Part shown: positions 18,846 to 31,400 of the stretch, piece after piece | How positions within the stretch are numbered: position 1 is the first letter of the stretch | Layout: every line of letters begins with the position of its first letter | IMG/VR virus record: IMGVR_UViG_3300037467_000958 | Location: 1 to 50,271 of that record | From: a virus | Taxonomy: Duplodnaviria; Caudoviricetes | DNA: 50,271 nt | Direction: 5' to 3' (one strand) | Notes under the pieces: generated by a model | What the model was told of the DNA's origin: nothing | The model's database searches: none | What the model saw: the letters and a program-made list of their open reading frames with translations, nothing else | Position numbers and translations under genes: made by a program

Positions 18846-21800
18846 TTATTGTCCCAAATTAATAGGCTTACCGAAGGGACTTAGGAGTTGGCCGATTGCG
18901 TCTAGGATGCTCGTCTCTCCGCTTCCAACATCATAGGCTGTGCGCCCATACTTTCCGCCAATATTGCCTAAAGCGTATTTAGCCCATGCGCCGGGGTCGA
19001 ACCCGCCCTTATACTCTCTTTCATAATCAATGGGCTTCCCGGTGTAAAGGCTTTTGTTAGTTGCAACTTCCGTCGGAACTTTGAACATCGGGTTGAGCGA
19101 CGAAAGCCCGTACCGGAGCGTTTCCGGAACGCTGCCGCTTAACACTTCATTCAGGTCGTTCAGCGGAAGCATAGGATCGCGGCCTTTGCCAAGCACTTTG
19201 AAGTAAGAAGGAACGGAGTACCCCGGCATGTCGGAGTTGTCGCCTTGATTCGCCCTCTTAATTCGCTCGTAAGTGCTGTAAAAACGCGGTTGCTGTGCGA
19301 GTTTTTCGATCTGAAGCGGGACGTTGTTTTTCATCCAGTTCCAGAACGGCACGATAGTCCGCATCACCCGGTCGCCTGTTGTCATTTCGTGATAATTGAA
19401 TAAGTGCTTGCGAACCAAATCTGAAGCGTGCTTCGTGGAGCCTGTTTCCAGCCCCTTCATAAACAGCGCAAGCCGTGTCACGTTGTCGGCAGGCTCCCCG
19501 AGTATTCTCCGCATCCCTTTAGCGACTTTGTTGTTATACATAAAGTGCGCTACTTTTGCGGTTCCGCCTTTTGCTTGACCGCTTTTAAGGTACTCGGTCG
19601 GGTTGCCTTGATGCAGGACGCCCGTTTCAAGGGCTTGATCCCATACTTTCTGCTGTTCCGCTGTCGCTTTGCCCCGCTTCATGGCAATCATCAGTTTCCC
19701 GGCATCAACGTAGTTCTTACTAGAAACGCCAGCGAGTGCGTTATTAAACAAGTTACCTGTGAAGTTGTTCATATAGTGCGATGGAACGTAGGTCGTATAA
19801 ACTGAACGGATGATGCTCGTCACATTTTCGGCCAAAGTCAGGAACTTTTGAAAACCCTTATCCGTAAAGACTTGATCCGTTTTCTTCATCGCGTCGAACA
19901 CTTCTTTATGAATCAACGTTCCCGGCTTTAGGTTGAGTGCGCCCGCTTCTTCCTTCGTCAACTGATGGAATTGACCTTTCACCCTAGCCGCTTCCGGCGT
20001 GTTGCTAATTGTATCGCGGATTAACCCGTTCTTCCGAAGTCCGTCCTGCAAGTCTTTCATCGCCCGGACTTTGATAGACTTGGTGTAACGTTTACCGAGC
20101 GCGTCGATAGGATCACGTTCGAACAGATTGGATAGAATGTCGATTTTATCGTTGATTTCTGCCAACGCTTCCGGATCGGTCGTTTTCTTCGCAGCGTCAT
20201 CCAACTTATTAAGCGCATTATCAAGTTCCGCGAACGAATCGAAGGACTTCCGTTCTTTCGAAAACTTACTGCTTGTTCCCTTGGCTACGAGCCTTGCGAA
20301 CGATTCGTCTTTCTTTGCGTACTCCGCAGCCCTGTCAAGCGCGTCCTGCGAAAGGTTTTTGATAACGTGCGGAGCGTAATTCGGAAGAACGCCCTGAAGA
20401 ATACCCCGCTTGCTTTCTTCGCTGGCGATCTTTTGATAGATCGGACGAAGTTTATTGGCAACGGCCTGTGCGCGGTCTGAAATAGCCACGTTGTAGTTGT
20501 CCGGAAACTTGTTTTCGAGCAGATAGGCAACTTGCTTATTTTCTTCTTCGGAGAAATCCTTCGTCGCTTTCTTCAGGTCAGCAACGACATGTTCAGCCTC
20601 CCGCATCCCGACACGCTTCACGTTTTCGGCGTTTTGGATTTGTTCAGCCGCATGATTTACAATGCCTTCTCCCGCGACACCGAGTGTCCGGGGATTAAAG
20701 ACATCGGTAACTTTGCCAATTTGGTCGCCTAGTTTCGACCTGCCGCCCATATCCTGAATGAACTGGTCGAGCGTTTTCGGAAGGCTAAAATCTTTCGCAA
20801 CTTCCCCGGTAATTTTCTGTCCGAGGATAGGCTGGTCAACAATTTCTGCCGTATGGCTTACATCGCCTATTTTCGTAGCCGCATCGTCAATTGCAGTACG
20901 GATTGCATCGGCGGTTTTTCCTTTAATCGTGCCGGGCAATTTACCAAGAGCCGCGCCGAACGTCCGCATCGCTTCAGGCCCAAGATTACGCAAAGCAGGA
21001 ATGTCATTTTCCAAACTTTTAACAAACGGCGCGAGTCGGTCTGCAACTCGCGGATCGAGTTGACTAAGGAAATCTTCGGCCTGAAATGGATGATAATTTA
21101 CAAACTGGTTATGGCCGATAACTTGATCTTCGACATTAAAATCCCGAAGGTTGTTCTTCAAATTGCCGTCATTACCGCGAAACTTGTTGATGTAATCTTG
21201 GGCGACTTTGGACTGTTCCTGAAGATGGGCAAACTCTTGTACGTTCATGTCTTTTAAGTCATTAACTTCGATACCCATCTTCTTCAGAATCGCCTTTTGT
21301 TCTACATCCGTTTTTGCACCGATGTTGGCAAGGATGTCGGCGGCTGAAGCGGCTCCGGTAAGCCCAATCTTCGCCGGATTCTTCATCAAAAAGCCCGGTT
21401 TTGTGCCGAACTGTTTGGTGATTTTGGTAAATGGGATATCGAGGTTAATAAGCGCGTTTTGTGCTTGCCCACGCGCTGCTTTGCCTGCCCCTTCAATCGC
21501 ATCGCGGGCGGCGAAACCTTTCTTAACGGCGAACCGTTCCGCGAGGTCGGGGTTAATACCCTTTGCAATAAGGTCGTTCTTCAGTTTTTCGAAGATATTA
21601 ACGGCGGTATTTCCGGCGATATTGGTCAGGTTTTTGCCCTTAGTTGCTGCTTTTACGCCTGCTTTACCTGCTTCTTCAAGCGCGACTTTGCCTGCTGCTC
21701 TTGCCCCGGCCTTCATCGCGGAGCCTGCGCCGAAGGTTAAAAACGTGAGCGGATCGAATAAAATATCCCCCGCAAGCCCGCCCCATTTCAGCGCGGCGTC

Positions 21801-22241
21801 ATTCTTCACACCAAAATTTTTAAGCGTTTGATCGAATCCCGGTTCGTTTGCTCCGGCTGAAGCCATCGAGCCGATAATCGGAATGTCCCGCGCATCGCCT
21901 GTACCGTCATTCCAAGCGTCCAACTGTCCTTTTCCAGCGCGAAGCCCAAGCTGAAGGGCATTGATAAATGGGATGTCATTTGCCCGGAGTTTACCGTCCG
22001 ACCAAGCATTCGTCAGCGACGTAAGCGGTTTGGACGTTGCATTAAGCGTATGAAGGGCTGTCTGCCAAAGCGGTTGATGATAACCCGAGGGAGAACCCCC
22101 GGACGAACCGGAGGCTTTCGGGTTAAAACTGAAAGCAGCATCGCCGCCGATAGGGACGATAGGGGCGTGTCCTGTCGCGGGGCCAATTATATTAGAGCCG
22201 ATTAAAGCCAATATTTCTTCTGCTGTACGTGCCACATTCAC
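18846..22241 (-). CDS. Large internal virion / ejection protein
   Basis: 1131 aa, helical; D..FDPLT.L..G and C-terminal Y..MT..DR.MR.IVPFW.W motifs; last structural gene. Confidence 0.65.
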   Translation of the reverse strand: MNVARTAEEILALIGSNIIGPATGHAPIVPIGGDAAFSFNPKASGSSGGSPSGYHQPLWQTALHTLNATSKPLTSLTNAWSDGKLRANDIPFINALQLGLRAGKGQLDAWNDGTGDARDIPIIGSMASAGANEPGFDQTLKNFGVKNDAALKWGGLAGDILFDPLTFLTFGAGSAMKAGARAAGKVALEEAGKAGVKAATKGKNLTNIAGNTAVNIFEKLKNDLIAKGINPDLAERFAVKKGFAARDAIEGAGKAARGQAQNALINLDIPFTKITKQFGTKPGFLMKNPAKIGLTGAASAADILANIGAKTDVEQKAILKKMGIEVNDLKDMNVQEFAHLQEQSKVAQDYINKFRGNDGNLKNNLRDFNVEDQVIGHNQFVNYHPFQAEDFLSQLDPRVADRLAPFVKSLENDIPALRNLGPEAMRTFGAALGKLPGTIKGKTADAIRTAIDDAATKIGDVSHTAEIVDQPILGQKITGEVAKDFSLPKTLDQFIQDMGGRSKLGDQIGKVTDVFNPRTLGVAGEGIVNHAAEQIQNAENVKRVGMREAEHVVADLKKATKDFSEEENKQVAYLLENKFPDNYNVAISDRAQAVANKLRPIYQKIASEESKRGILQGVLPNYAPHVIKNLSQDALDRAAEYAKKDESFARLVAKGTSSKFSKERKSFDSFAELDNALNKLDDAAKKTTDPEALAEINDKIDILSNLFERDPIDALGKRYTKSIKVRAMKDLQDGLRKNGLIRDTISNTPEAARVKGQFHQLTKEEAGALNLKPGTLIHKEVFDAMKKTDQVFTDKGFQKFLTLAENVTSIIRSVYTTYVPSHYMNNFTGNLFNNALAGVSSKNYVDAGKLMIAMKRGKATAEQQKVWDQALETGVLHQGNPTEYLKSGQAKGGTAKVAHFMYNNKVAKGMRRILGEPADNVTRLALFMKGLETGSTKHASDLVRKHLFNYHEMTTGDRVMRTIVPFWNWMKNNVPLQIEKLAQQPRFYSTYERIKRANQGDNSDMPGYSVPSYFKVLGKGRDPMLPLNDLNEVLSGSVPETLRYGLSSLNPMFKVPTEVATNKSLYTGKPIDYEREYKGGFDPGAWAKYALGNIGGKYGRTAYDVGSGETSILDAIGQLLSPFGKPINLGQ

Positions 22242-22247
22242 ACCCCC

Positions 22248-24635
22248 TTAGTTCGGGTTATACGTATGCCCACCACCGCCGCCACCGTTGCCGATAACTT
22301 TCGTTTTCAGCAGGTCGGCCACGCCTGTTTGTCCCGGCAGTTTTGCAAAGGTGAGGTCGTCAAGGACTTTGGCGTAGGCGTTTTGTGTGCCTAGCGCGTC
22401 AGCGATTGCAGATTGAATTACCTGCTTATCGTGATCGTATGTTGCCGATTTCGGATCGAGTTTCGTAAGTTGCGTGGTGTACGTTGTAATTTCCGTACCT
22501 TTTTGCTTAATAATCGTGGCAAGATTTTTCGCTTGTTGCGACCATTGGGAACTTTGTAATTTATCGGCGTTTTGCGATGCTTTTACGATAAATTCATTCA
22601 TATCCTGATCCAATTTCGCTTTATTGCTGTTTGCTCGTTCGATAATCGCATTCGCAGAGTTAACTTCCGACGCTTGGTTATGCCGAACAGATTCAGCCAG
22701 TTTCAGCGAGTCGATTGTCGGCTGTCCGGTTGTTGGATCGTAGCCTAAGAATTGCGTCATTTTCAGGTTGTATTCCTGCGATAACTTCGCGGCGAGTTGT
22801 TGGTTGGAATTGTCCATTTTCGCATAAGCGATTTTTTCGTTGCTATCCAGTTTGTCATAGAACTGCTTATCCTGTTGACCCAACTGGTCGTATTTAAACT
22901 GAAGATTGCCCATATCGGTGTTGTAGCCCATCGTCTTGCCGAGAAGGTCGATCATCGCTTTCGCCCGGTCGGTCATATTCTTGCTTCCGGACTCGTACAT
23001 TTTTTGGAACAACTGTTGTGCGATTTGGCTTGTGTTGACGTTTGCAAACTTCGTACGCGCATCTGCTAGGCTTTGGCTGTACCCGGCTGCGACTTTCTGT
23101 GCTTGGGCAAGTGCGTCTTGGTTCGCCCGAGCCAGCGTCCGGCCTTGTGACAGCAGGAGGCGGGTATCCTGATCGTTCGCAAGCCCCGATCCGGCAAGGC
23201 CGCGATTTGCCATCGCCTGCCGAGCCTGAAGATAGTCTTGGAACGTTTTATCCTGCAAGTCCTGTTTCGTGTTGGCTAGTCCAGAATTGATCCGCGAGAG
23301 GTCGGCCTCTTGGTTGGCGTTTAGCGAGTTAATAAGATTCGTGAGCGCGTCCCGCTGTTCTTTGGCCTGCGCTTCGGCTTGGGCTTGGGCTTGGGCCTGC
23401 ATGTCGGCTTCGCTTTGTTGGTTCCCGGTGAGCATATCCAAGATGATTTTAATAAGGTCGTTTTGGTCGGTCGGGGCTGCTGCTTCCGTTGTTCCTGTCC
23501 CGGTTCCCGTTCCCGTCCCGGCTCCTGTCCCGGTCGAACCTCCGCCAAACGTCCAATGGCCTGAAGCATCACGCTTCCCGCCGTTGGCCGTGCCGTAATC
23601 CAAAGCCTCTTTTGCGATTCGGTCTTTGTCGGCCTGCGTCTTGGCGTTCTTCCATTGTTGGCCCAAATCTGCGATATGGCGTTGAATCGGGTCATTATAG
23701 TTGAAGTTATTGATACTGCTTCCATAGTCAGCAGGAAGCGGAGGTTCCGCCGCCGACGAAGGAAGTTCAACCGGATTTGTAATAACAGAACCCGGCGAAG
23801 TCGTGCCCGGAGGAATCGTTGGCGACGGCGGGGTATCAATTGAAACCGGGCCTGTCACTCCAGCATCAACCGGAACCGAGATGTTCGGGATACCCGGATC
23901 GGTCGAAGTGGTTGGGAAAGTCCATTTTCCTGCCGCACTCCGATGTCCGCCAGCGGCTTCCCCAATTTGTTTCGATTCCGCCGCGATACGATCCTTTTCA
24001 GCCTGCGATGTTGCATTTTTCCACTGTTGTCCAAGGTCGGCAATCTTCTTCATAAACGGATTGCTAGGATCGAAGTTTTCGATACTGCTTCCGTAATCTG
24101 AAGGGGTTCCGGTTGCCGTTGGAGCCTCTACCTTCTCTACGGGCGCGGGCGGTGGTGTCACAACGGGGGCAGGCGGCGGTGTTACGACAGGCGCAGGCGG
24201 TGCTGTTGGAGCAGGCCCGGACACGACTTGCCACGTTTTTAAAAGCGGACTGTCTTTCGTAACTTCGATGATGTTCCCGTTAATAGGCGATTTAACGTAA
24301 TATTTCTGTGTATCAGCAACAGGCGCGATGACAGGCGGTGTTCCGGCCGGGGCTGAAGAAGCAGGTGGCGGTACGGTCGGGTGTTGCTGCGTCTGCGTCG
24401 GCTGCTGTACCGGGGGTGAAGTCGGAGGAGGCGTTGTCTGCTGGCTCGGCTTATTAGCTGCGGCAACATAGGCATCATAAAGTGAACCGCTGGAATTTGT
24501 ATTCGTATTCGTATTCGTATTAGTAGAAGTAGAGGAACCGCTCGGGCCTGAAACGACTTGCCACGTTCTTAGAAGCGGGCTGTTTGCGGTAACTTCAATG
24601 ATATTTCCGTTAATAGGAGATTTTACATAAGGCAT
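22248..24635 (-). CDS. Putative ejection protein with Pro-rich repeats
   Basis: Q/A-rich coiled coil with MANRGLAGSG motif; duplicated N-terminal modules. Confidence 0.6.
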   Translation of the reverse strand: MPYVKSPINGNIIEVTANSPLLRTWQVVSGPSGSSTSTNTNTNTNTNSSGSLYDAYVAAANKPSQQTTPPPTSPPVQQPTQTQQHPTVPPPASSAPAGTPPVIAPVADTQKYYVKSPINGNIIEVTKDSPLLKTWQVVSGPAPTAPPAPVVTPPPAPVVTPPPAPVEKVEAPTATGTPSDYGSSIENFDPSNPFMKKIADLGQQWKNATSQAEKDRIAAESKQIGEAAGGHRSAAGKWTFPTTSTDPGIPNISVPVDAGVTGPVSIDTPPSPTIPPGTTSPGSVITNPVELPSSAAEPPLPADYGSSINNFNYNDPIQRHIADLGQQWKNAKTQADKDRIAKEALDYGTANGGKRDASGHWTFGGGSTGTGAGTGTGTGTGTTEAAAPTDQNDLIKIILDMLTGNQQSEADMQAQAQAQAEAQAKEQRDALTNLINSLNANQEADLSRINSGLANTKQDLQDKTFQDYLQARQAMANRGLAGSGLANDQDTRLLLSQGRTLARANQDALAQAQKVAAGYSQSLADARTKFANVNTSQIAQQLFQKMYESGSKNMTDRAKAMIDLLGKTMGYNTDMGNLQFKYDQLGQQDKQFYDKLDSNEKIAYAKMDNSNQQLAAKLSQEYNLKMTQFLGYDPTTGQPTIDSLKLAESVRHNQASEVNSANAIIERANSNKAKLDQDMNEFIVKASQNADKLQSSQWSQQAKNLATIIKQKGTEITTYTTQLTKLDPKSATYDHDKQVIQSAIADALGTQNAYAKVLDDLTFAKLPGQTGVADLLKTKVIGNGGGGGGHTYNPN

Positions 24636-24693
24636 GACGAGTCAACTCCCTTCGGACAGGATTTTATCATATTTTGGAGGATGTGTATACTGA

Positions 24694-24722
24694 AAAATAG
24701 GAGGGCTGAATTACAGCCCTCC
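24694..24722 (-). terminator. Intrinsic terminator after the tail-fibre genes
   Basis: GGAGGGCTG/CAGCCCTCC hairpin followed by a U-run on the - strand. Confidence 0.85.
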
Positions 24723-24742
24723 CGTTGTCAGGGTATTACGTC

Positions 24743-24880
24743 TTAACGCGGCGTGGCGATAATCGTATCTGCTTCTTCTTGGGTGAGATAGCCTTTTGTG
24801 ACCGCGTTTTGGATGCCTGTTTCGTCTATGGTGTAGTTCTTCCAACTGGAAAGGAAGTACGCATAGAGTCGGCTTGTCAT
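24743..24880 (-). CDS. XkdX-like small protein (not in ORF track)
   Basis: MTSRLYAYFLSSWKNYTIDETGIQNAVTKGYLTQEEADTIIATPR; V.KG.LT.EE...I motif; follows tail-fibre genes. Confidence 0.75.
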   Translation of the reverse strand: MTSRLYAYFLSSWKNYTIDETGIQNAVTKGYLTQEEADTIIATPR

Positions 24881-24883
24881 CGG

Positions 24884-25462
24884 TTACACCCCCAAGAGAA
24901 AGTTTACGGCTTCTTGTGTTGCGGTTAAGTCTGACCGGATTTCCGAGATTTGCTCCGGAATTGTAGGCGGGGCTTCGGGCTGAATAGGATCGGGAACTTC
25001 GACCGTTTCGTAAGCCATCTCCAAGCCCTCTACATAGTAAGGACTATCCGCTGTAATTTCGAGCGGTGGCTGCGCTTCGTACCGAACGGCGGGTTCCTCT
25101 ATCGTTGTCCAGTATAGCGGATTGCCGTCGGAATCTTGTTCCTGTACTTCTTCAGTCGTCCAAAGCTGAAGAAATTGGCCCGTACCTTCCTGCCCGACGA
25201 TATCGCCGTCGCGCTGTCCGATTACGTTTCCTTCTTCATCGAGGATGTCGATCTGCTCGTAAACCGGACGGGTCACTTCGTACTGCTTTTGGACGCCGTT
25301 TTCATCCATCATTGGCACCCGAACTGCGACCATTACAGGGGTATACGTTGCATCCACCGTTTTCTCCTGATGCGGGATCGTGTATGTTACTTCCAAATCC
25401 GCTTGCGGGAGAAGGTAAAGCTGCTTACCTTCTCCATCCACTTTCGGCTGTTGTTCGAGCAT
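24884..25462 (-). CDS. Tail-fibre-associated / chaperone-like acidic protein
   Basis: Position after the fibre gene; P.PT..EQI...Q.A..FLL tail. Confidence 0.6.
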   Translation of the reverse strand: MLEQQPKVDGEGKQLYLLPQADLEVTYTIPHQEKTVDATYTPVMVAVRVPMMDENGVQKQYEVTRPVYEQIDILDEEGNVIGQRDGDIVGQEGTGQFLQLWTTEEVQEQDSDGNPLYWTTIEEPAVRYEAQPPLEITADSPYYVEGLEMAYETVEVPDPIQPEAPPTIPEQISEIRSDLTATQEAVNFLLGV

Positions 25463-25466
25463 TCGG

Positions 25467-28400
25467 TTACACTCCCTTCACAAGCGGTCTGCCCGCCAGT
25501 TTGAAGTGGTCGTAAACGGCTTCTGTCGATTTGAAAAGCAACGTACTGCTTTTGCTTTTGCGGAACGACACGACAACCAATTTCAATTCCCCGGAATCTG
25601 AAACGAGCATAGGTAGATAAATAAGGGCTTCGGTCGGCAAGGTTGTCGGAATGCTGAACTTGTAATTTCCGAGAGCGACACTTCCGCTGACTGTATCGGA
25701 AGATAGCCGAACATCTTGCGTACTTCCCCTTACAACCGATTCACTTGTCGTGGAGTTAGGCTCGAAGTAAAGTCCTGCCGTTGGTACAAAGCGGTAGTTT
25801 CCGCTCGATGCAAGCGGCATCCGTTTCAACGTAAGACTGTCAAACGTCGTCAGTACACCTTCACTTGTAAACTTATCCGCGATCAAGTTGTAATCTGCTG
25901 TCGGAGACGGCAGGCGAGTAGTGATATTTTTATCGCCTACCGGATCGCCATCCGAAGTCGCAGACCCCGTTCCAAGCGTCGTGATAATCGGCGTACCTAC
26001 CGCGAGTATCTTCGACTTGCTAATCGAACCTTGCCCCTGATACGGAACATACCGATACCACAGTTCCACTTGGGACGCTTCGCCAAGATTACCGCCGAGA
26101 TACTTGCTCGATTTCGCCGGGAACCAAAGTTTCATTTCCTTCGTCTCGGGCCGGATTTTCACGATGTTGCTCTTGGTGTAATCCACGTAATCGGCAAGGG
26201 TTACGTCCAGTTTCACATAGTCGGTGTAAATGTTCGACGGATTTGTTGCCGATGCCGGGTAAGTGGAGTGAACGAGAACGTAAATTTTTTGGTTATTGTC
26301 GATATATGTGTTACTGGACGTCGTTTGGCTGATGGTTGCAGGCGAAGATGTCGTATTCGTGCCGTAAAGCGTATCTCCGCTTGTAGACCAAGAACCCTTC
26401 CACGCTTTCAACGTCGCTCCGTTCGTCAGAACCGAAGCATTATCCCCCGAGCCGTACCCTGTCCACGAAATGGTCATGGAACGAACCGCCGCTTTCAGTT
26501 GCGCCGTCGTCATGCCAAGATGCGAGAGGTCGAATTCGTAAATAAACTGTGCGTACTCTCCCGTTGTGCCTGCGGAATAGAAGTCAAGTACACCGTCTTG
26601 TTTAACAATGCTGCTGTATTCCGAATTGCTGATTTCCCCTGTTACGGTTGTGGGATTTGGAAACGTTGAACCGTGCGTCCATAACCCCCGATGCGGAACC
26701 TCCACCGTACTCCCCGCCACTTTGCCGAGGAAGTTGAGCGTGACTTTCCGCTTGCGCCCCGGTGTCCATTCGGTTGCGGTTACACCCTTTTGAAGTTTTA
26801 TTTGGGACACGTTAACCGTAACCGCCGAAACACTTGGAGTTCGGAAGTATAATCTGATAGCAGAAGAAGTGTCTGCGTCCGCTTTTCCAGTAAGCGTAAT
26901 CTTAGTCGGTGTAGAGGAAAGCGTTACAGATTGTGCCGCCATTTGCACTGAACTGTCGCGGTATAGTTGAACATTAATCGTTCCGCTACCGCTTACCAAG
27001 CATGTTGCGGTAAAATACTCTCCCGCTTTTGCACTTCCTGCCGATAATACACCACCTTCGGGTGAAGATGTTCCGGGCGTAGCGATGGTAATAGTGCCGG
27101 GAGTTGTTACAGATAAAGCACCGCCGTTATACGACGCCCATCCAGAAGTGTCTAGTGGGAATGCTTGGTTTTGATCTAGCATATTTTCCGACAATACCGG
27201 GAACGGGTTCGTCGGCTGCAAGGTCGTAAACCCGCTTGCTTCCGTTGTGCTGTCAAACGCAGAGATTGCCGACGTTTTAAGCGTGATGGACAGTTCAACA
27301 TAGTCCGTATTTATGGTCGAAGCCGTTACGCCGTCCGATGCGTCTGCGTAAGCTAGAGCGTAATAGAAGCCGTTAGAATCCACTACGGAAGAAATTACGG
27401 TGTTATTTCTAGTCAGTGATGTAACCGTTCCGTTGGTGTGGGAAGCTGGGCTTGCATTCCATGCGCCATTAATCCATTCAGCAACATAAGCCTTGTTTCC
27501 CGCAAGACCCGAACCGTATCCATTCCAAGTACAACTAATCTGCGTGATGTTGTTTGTCAGCCATGTCTTTTTACTCGCCGTACCGTCTGCCGGGATTTCG
27601 CCGTACTTATCTTCGATAGCCCGGATGAGGTCGAATTGGAAAACGTGCTGGCTTACGTCATTCAAAGTTGCGCGGCTTGTTGTCGCCAGCGTTCCATCCA
27701 AGGCAAAAGCGTTATTATAGTTTGCTTGGCTAACCTCTGTACCTCCCGGTGATGGAGTGAGTGAGGTTGTCGTGATGATACCTTTAAGCGTGTGTGGGAC
27801 TAAATCTGTACTTCCCGACACTTTCCCCGCAAAATTCGCCTTCACGCTCACCGTATTCGCTGCAAGAAGTTCATCCCCGTTGACCGCTGCTTTCAGAATA
27901 TCCGTCGCCACTTGCGGGAGTCCCTTGCCTGCCGGATAGTTGACCGCATACGTGATCGTGATGTTACTTGTGTTCGTGGTCGGAGCCGTGGTGATCGTGT
28001 ACGTTGCATCCTTTGTGCCGAGTCCGCTCCATGTTCCGGCGATGCCCGTGGCAGTGACGGTTGGGAGGGATGAAGATGTCTCCAAAAGGTATGTCCCGCT
28101 TACAAAGTTAAGTCCTGCGCCGCCTGTCCACGAAAGCGTAGCCGTTGAATTGGTAGAATCAACGGAATCCACGGTCAAATCTGTTACCGTGTAAGTCGAA
28201 ACTCCGTCGAAGCGGGTTACATGATCGCTTGCCGTAAACTTCGAAACGTCGCTAACTTTAATTGTCGTTGGTGAAGTTACGCCTGTTTTATCCTCTAGGA
28301 TTTTCGAGAATCCCGCCGTTGCTCCGGTTATTCCGCCATAATCCGAGTGAATCTTAATCGTATCCCCGATAGCCCATACGCCCGATGTTGCTTGCGTCGG

Positions 28401-31400
28401 GATAACATGCTTCGGACGGTTTACGCCGTTCCAAGTTGGATCGACCACATCCACGACGGTTATCGACTGCTGCGGGTCGCCGTAGGCGATCCGTTGCCCG
28501 TTGAAGTTGCCACCGTTTATGCCCTCGTAGTGGAACGTCGAAAGCGTGCCGGACTGAACCATGTGACCGTTGGCGAGATAGTCTTTGTCGAGATACCAGC
28601 GTCCGTAAGGGACGAATGGGTTTACGACGGAGCCTTTTTCTAGTTGCGGGAGCAACTTCGATACGTCGTCGGGAACGTTGGTTGAAGTTGGATTATTACT
28701 CAGACGAATCTTTACTTTTGCCGTATTTGCGGCTGTCGTGAATGTTCCCGAAGGCGCAAAAGCTGTTCCTTGCACTACAAAAGTGCCGTCGCTTTGATAC
28801 TCAAAAACGGTAATCGAACCCCCGTTTGAACTAACGGAATATTGCGTGTTTGGTTGAACCGGGATGAGGTTAATCGTTCTAATTCGAGAAGTTGTACTTG
28901 CGTTATTGCCGCTTGAATCATAACTGCCTTGCTCCCACGCATCCACCGTTGTCGGGCAAAGATTCTCCACAAAATTCGGGTACGAATCCACATACGGGAA
29001 CAACGCACCGATCTTATCCCCGCCAGTCCAGTTCGGGTCAACGTCGATTAGGTTGTAGGTGGCTTGGTCGATTTCGTATAAGCGGAATCCGTCATAGTTC
29101 GCCTTGTCGTTTACACTTGCGGGAGTTAAAACGATGTTCAAAGCCCCGCTGGTATATTGGAACTTTTGATAGCCCACGACCCATTGCCCTGTCGCGCTTG
29201 TGGTAAGGGTGCTGTATCCACCTTGCAAGGCAAAGTTAGCGGTACTGATTCCATAATTCGTCGAAGCCCCGGATTGAAGATAACTTTCACCAACAAAAAC
29301 ATAATACTTTCCGCTGGTGAGAAGCGAGTCGATCGCCATAGCGACGGTAGAAGTTCCTGCCGACGTTCTTTGAAGTTGTTGCGACGATTTTCCGTATTTG
29401 AAAATTGAAGTTGAAATGGACTTCGTTATAAAACTATTTGTGCCTTGGAAACTGAATCCGTCAGCTACGCCGTCGCTGTTAGAATCAACTTCAAAACTAC
29501 CTAGTAATCCGAACTTGTTAGACAAATCCACGCTCGTTCCATCAGCCCGCTTAACCGCCGTGCTGTTGAGTGTTTGCGCCGGCCCAAGCGGAGCCCTCCG
29601 AAGACCGTAAACGTCCTTTTGCGCCAGTTTCGTATCCTTGGTCGTCAGCGCACCGCGCATAAGACTGTCGAACGCAGACTCCGTTTCCATCCCCGGCATA
29701 AAGTTAACCGGAATCCGATGCCGAAGGTCGATAATGTCCGATGCGTCGATGATGTTGGAGTAAAGGCCGTCGGGACGGTCGGATAGAAGGCTCCACGTAC
29801 CCGTGCCGATGCTTGCTTGTGTTGTTTGGTCAGTATTAATATTTTGAACCGTAATTTTATTGCTTCCGTCTTTTGAAAGCACAAGAATACGGTGAGCAGT
29901 TGTAACGGCAAAATTATGAATAATGTCCCCAACTTGAATATTGTTGTAGTCAGTGGTTGCAACGGTAATTTGTTGCGTTTGCCCATATGCCAAAGACGGA
30001 GAAAATGTTACTGATTGCGTAGTTTGGTAATAATCCCTTGCACCGTTCAGATTATCCCGCCGATACCCGCCGCTGTTACGGCGCTTGATGCGGAAAAGGG
30101 GAATCGCGTAAACGTATCCGTCATTTGTGGCGAGGGTGGTTTTAGCTGTGCTGGAACCGTCGCCAGCGATATAGAGGCCGATGTCATCTGTGAAGATTTT
30201 CTTGCCTGTGTTCGATGAAATAGCGCGTAAAGGCGTGCCATAAAATGCAGAATCCGAACCCCCGGTTTCCCAAGCCGTCTTGACTATCGGTGCCGCATTT
30301 CCACCTTGTGCTGTAACGTCCCACCCGGATAAACCTGATGCTCCGCTTGCACCCAAACCTTCTGGGTTTCGCCCAAAATCCACGCCATCGACCACGCGAA
30401 TACGCCAAGACATGGTAACCGGAGTGTTGGTCGGAAAATAGGCTTCCAAGAATACCAAATCTTCGCGATACCCATACGTCGGCGGGGCTGAAAGGGCTTG
30501 CGTAATGACAGCCGAATTTGTGATCTTGAAGCCGTTCAAAATTGCAGCGAATTTGCCGAGATAGAACGTATTCGCAACAGTTGCGCTTGTTCCGACCGCA
30601 CCGTTCGCCGGGGAAGTCGTTGCGCTGATAACTGAAGAATAATCATAAACGCCCGACATATTGCGCGTCCGTTCGTAGTCTGCCCGAGCCGTATTAACTG
30701 CAACAGCCTCGGATACAGTTCCCGCGCCGATTGCGCCGTTCAGCGTTGCGTACACAATATCAATGGCATTTTGAGCGTTACCAGCACCGGGAACATTGCC
30801 TGCATACGTGTGATTCGCCGCGCTTTTTGCGTCGGTTGCCAATTTTGCCAGCGTGACCGCTTCGCTTGCGATTTCAGCCGTGCCAACCGCACCGTCTGCG
30901 ATTTCGGACGAACCGACCGCGCCGGGCGCGATTTTCGCTGCTGTCACCGAATCGTTTGCCAGTTGAGACGTGCCAACGGCTTCATCGGCAATCGCCGCCG
31001 TTACGACCGCTTTCGCGCCGATTTTCGTCGAAGTAACCGACGCCGGAGCCAGCTTATTGCCGTCAACGTTGCCGTCCATAATCTTATCAGCCGTAACCGC
31101 ATTGATAGCAATCGCGTTGTTTACAACTGAAGAAGCCGCCATTTTGCTTGCCGTTACCGATCCGTCGGCAATTTTGGCCGTTCCTACCGCGCCATCGGCC
31201 AGTTTCGTTGCACCTACTGCGCCGTCTAAGATTTCCGTGGAAGTGACCGCGTTCGGAGCCAATTCGGAAGTGCCTACAGCATCGGCTTGAATAGCCGCAG
31301 AGCCAACGGCGTCTGTGGCTATTTTTGCCGCCGTAACCGCGCCGTCTGCGATCTTAATTGTGGTTACGTTGCCATCGGCAATCTTGACCGTTGTGACCGA

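Noticed and set aside
23375-24521. Short tandem repeats (GTATTC, CTTGGG) as contingency loci
   Set aside because: In-frame hexamers encoding TN and AQ low-complexity linkers
25716-26669. 317-aa + strand ORF and other long antisense ORFs within structural genes
   Set aside because: Shadow frames of strongly coding - strand genes, with no RBS or recognisable motifs
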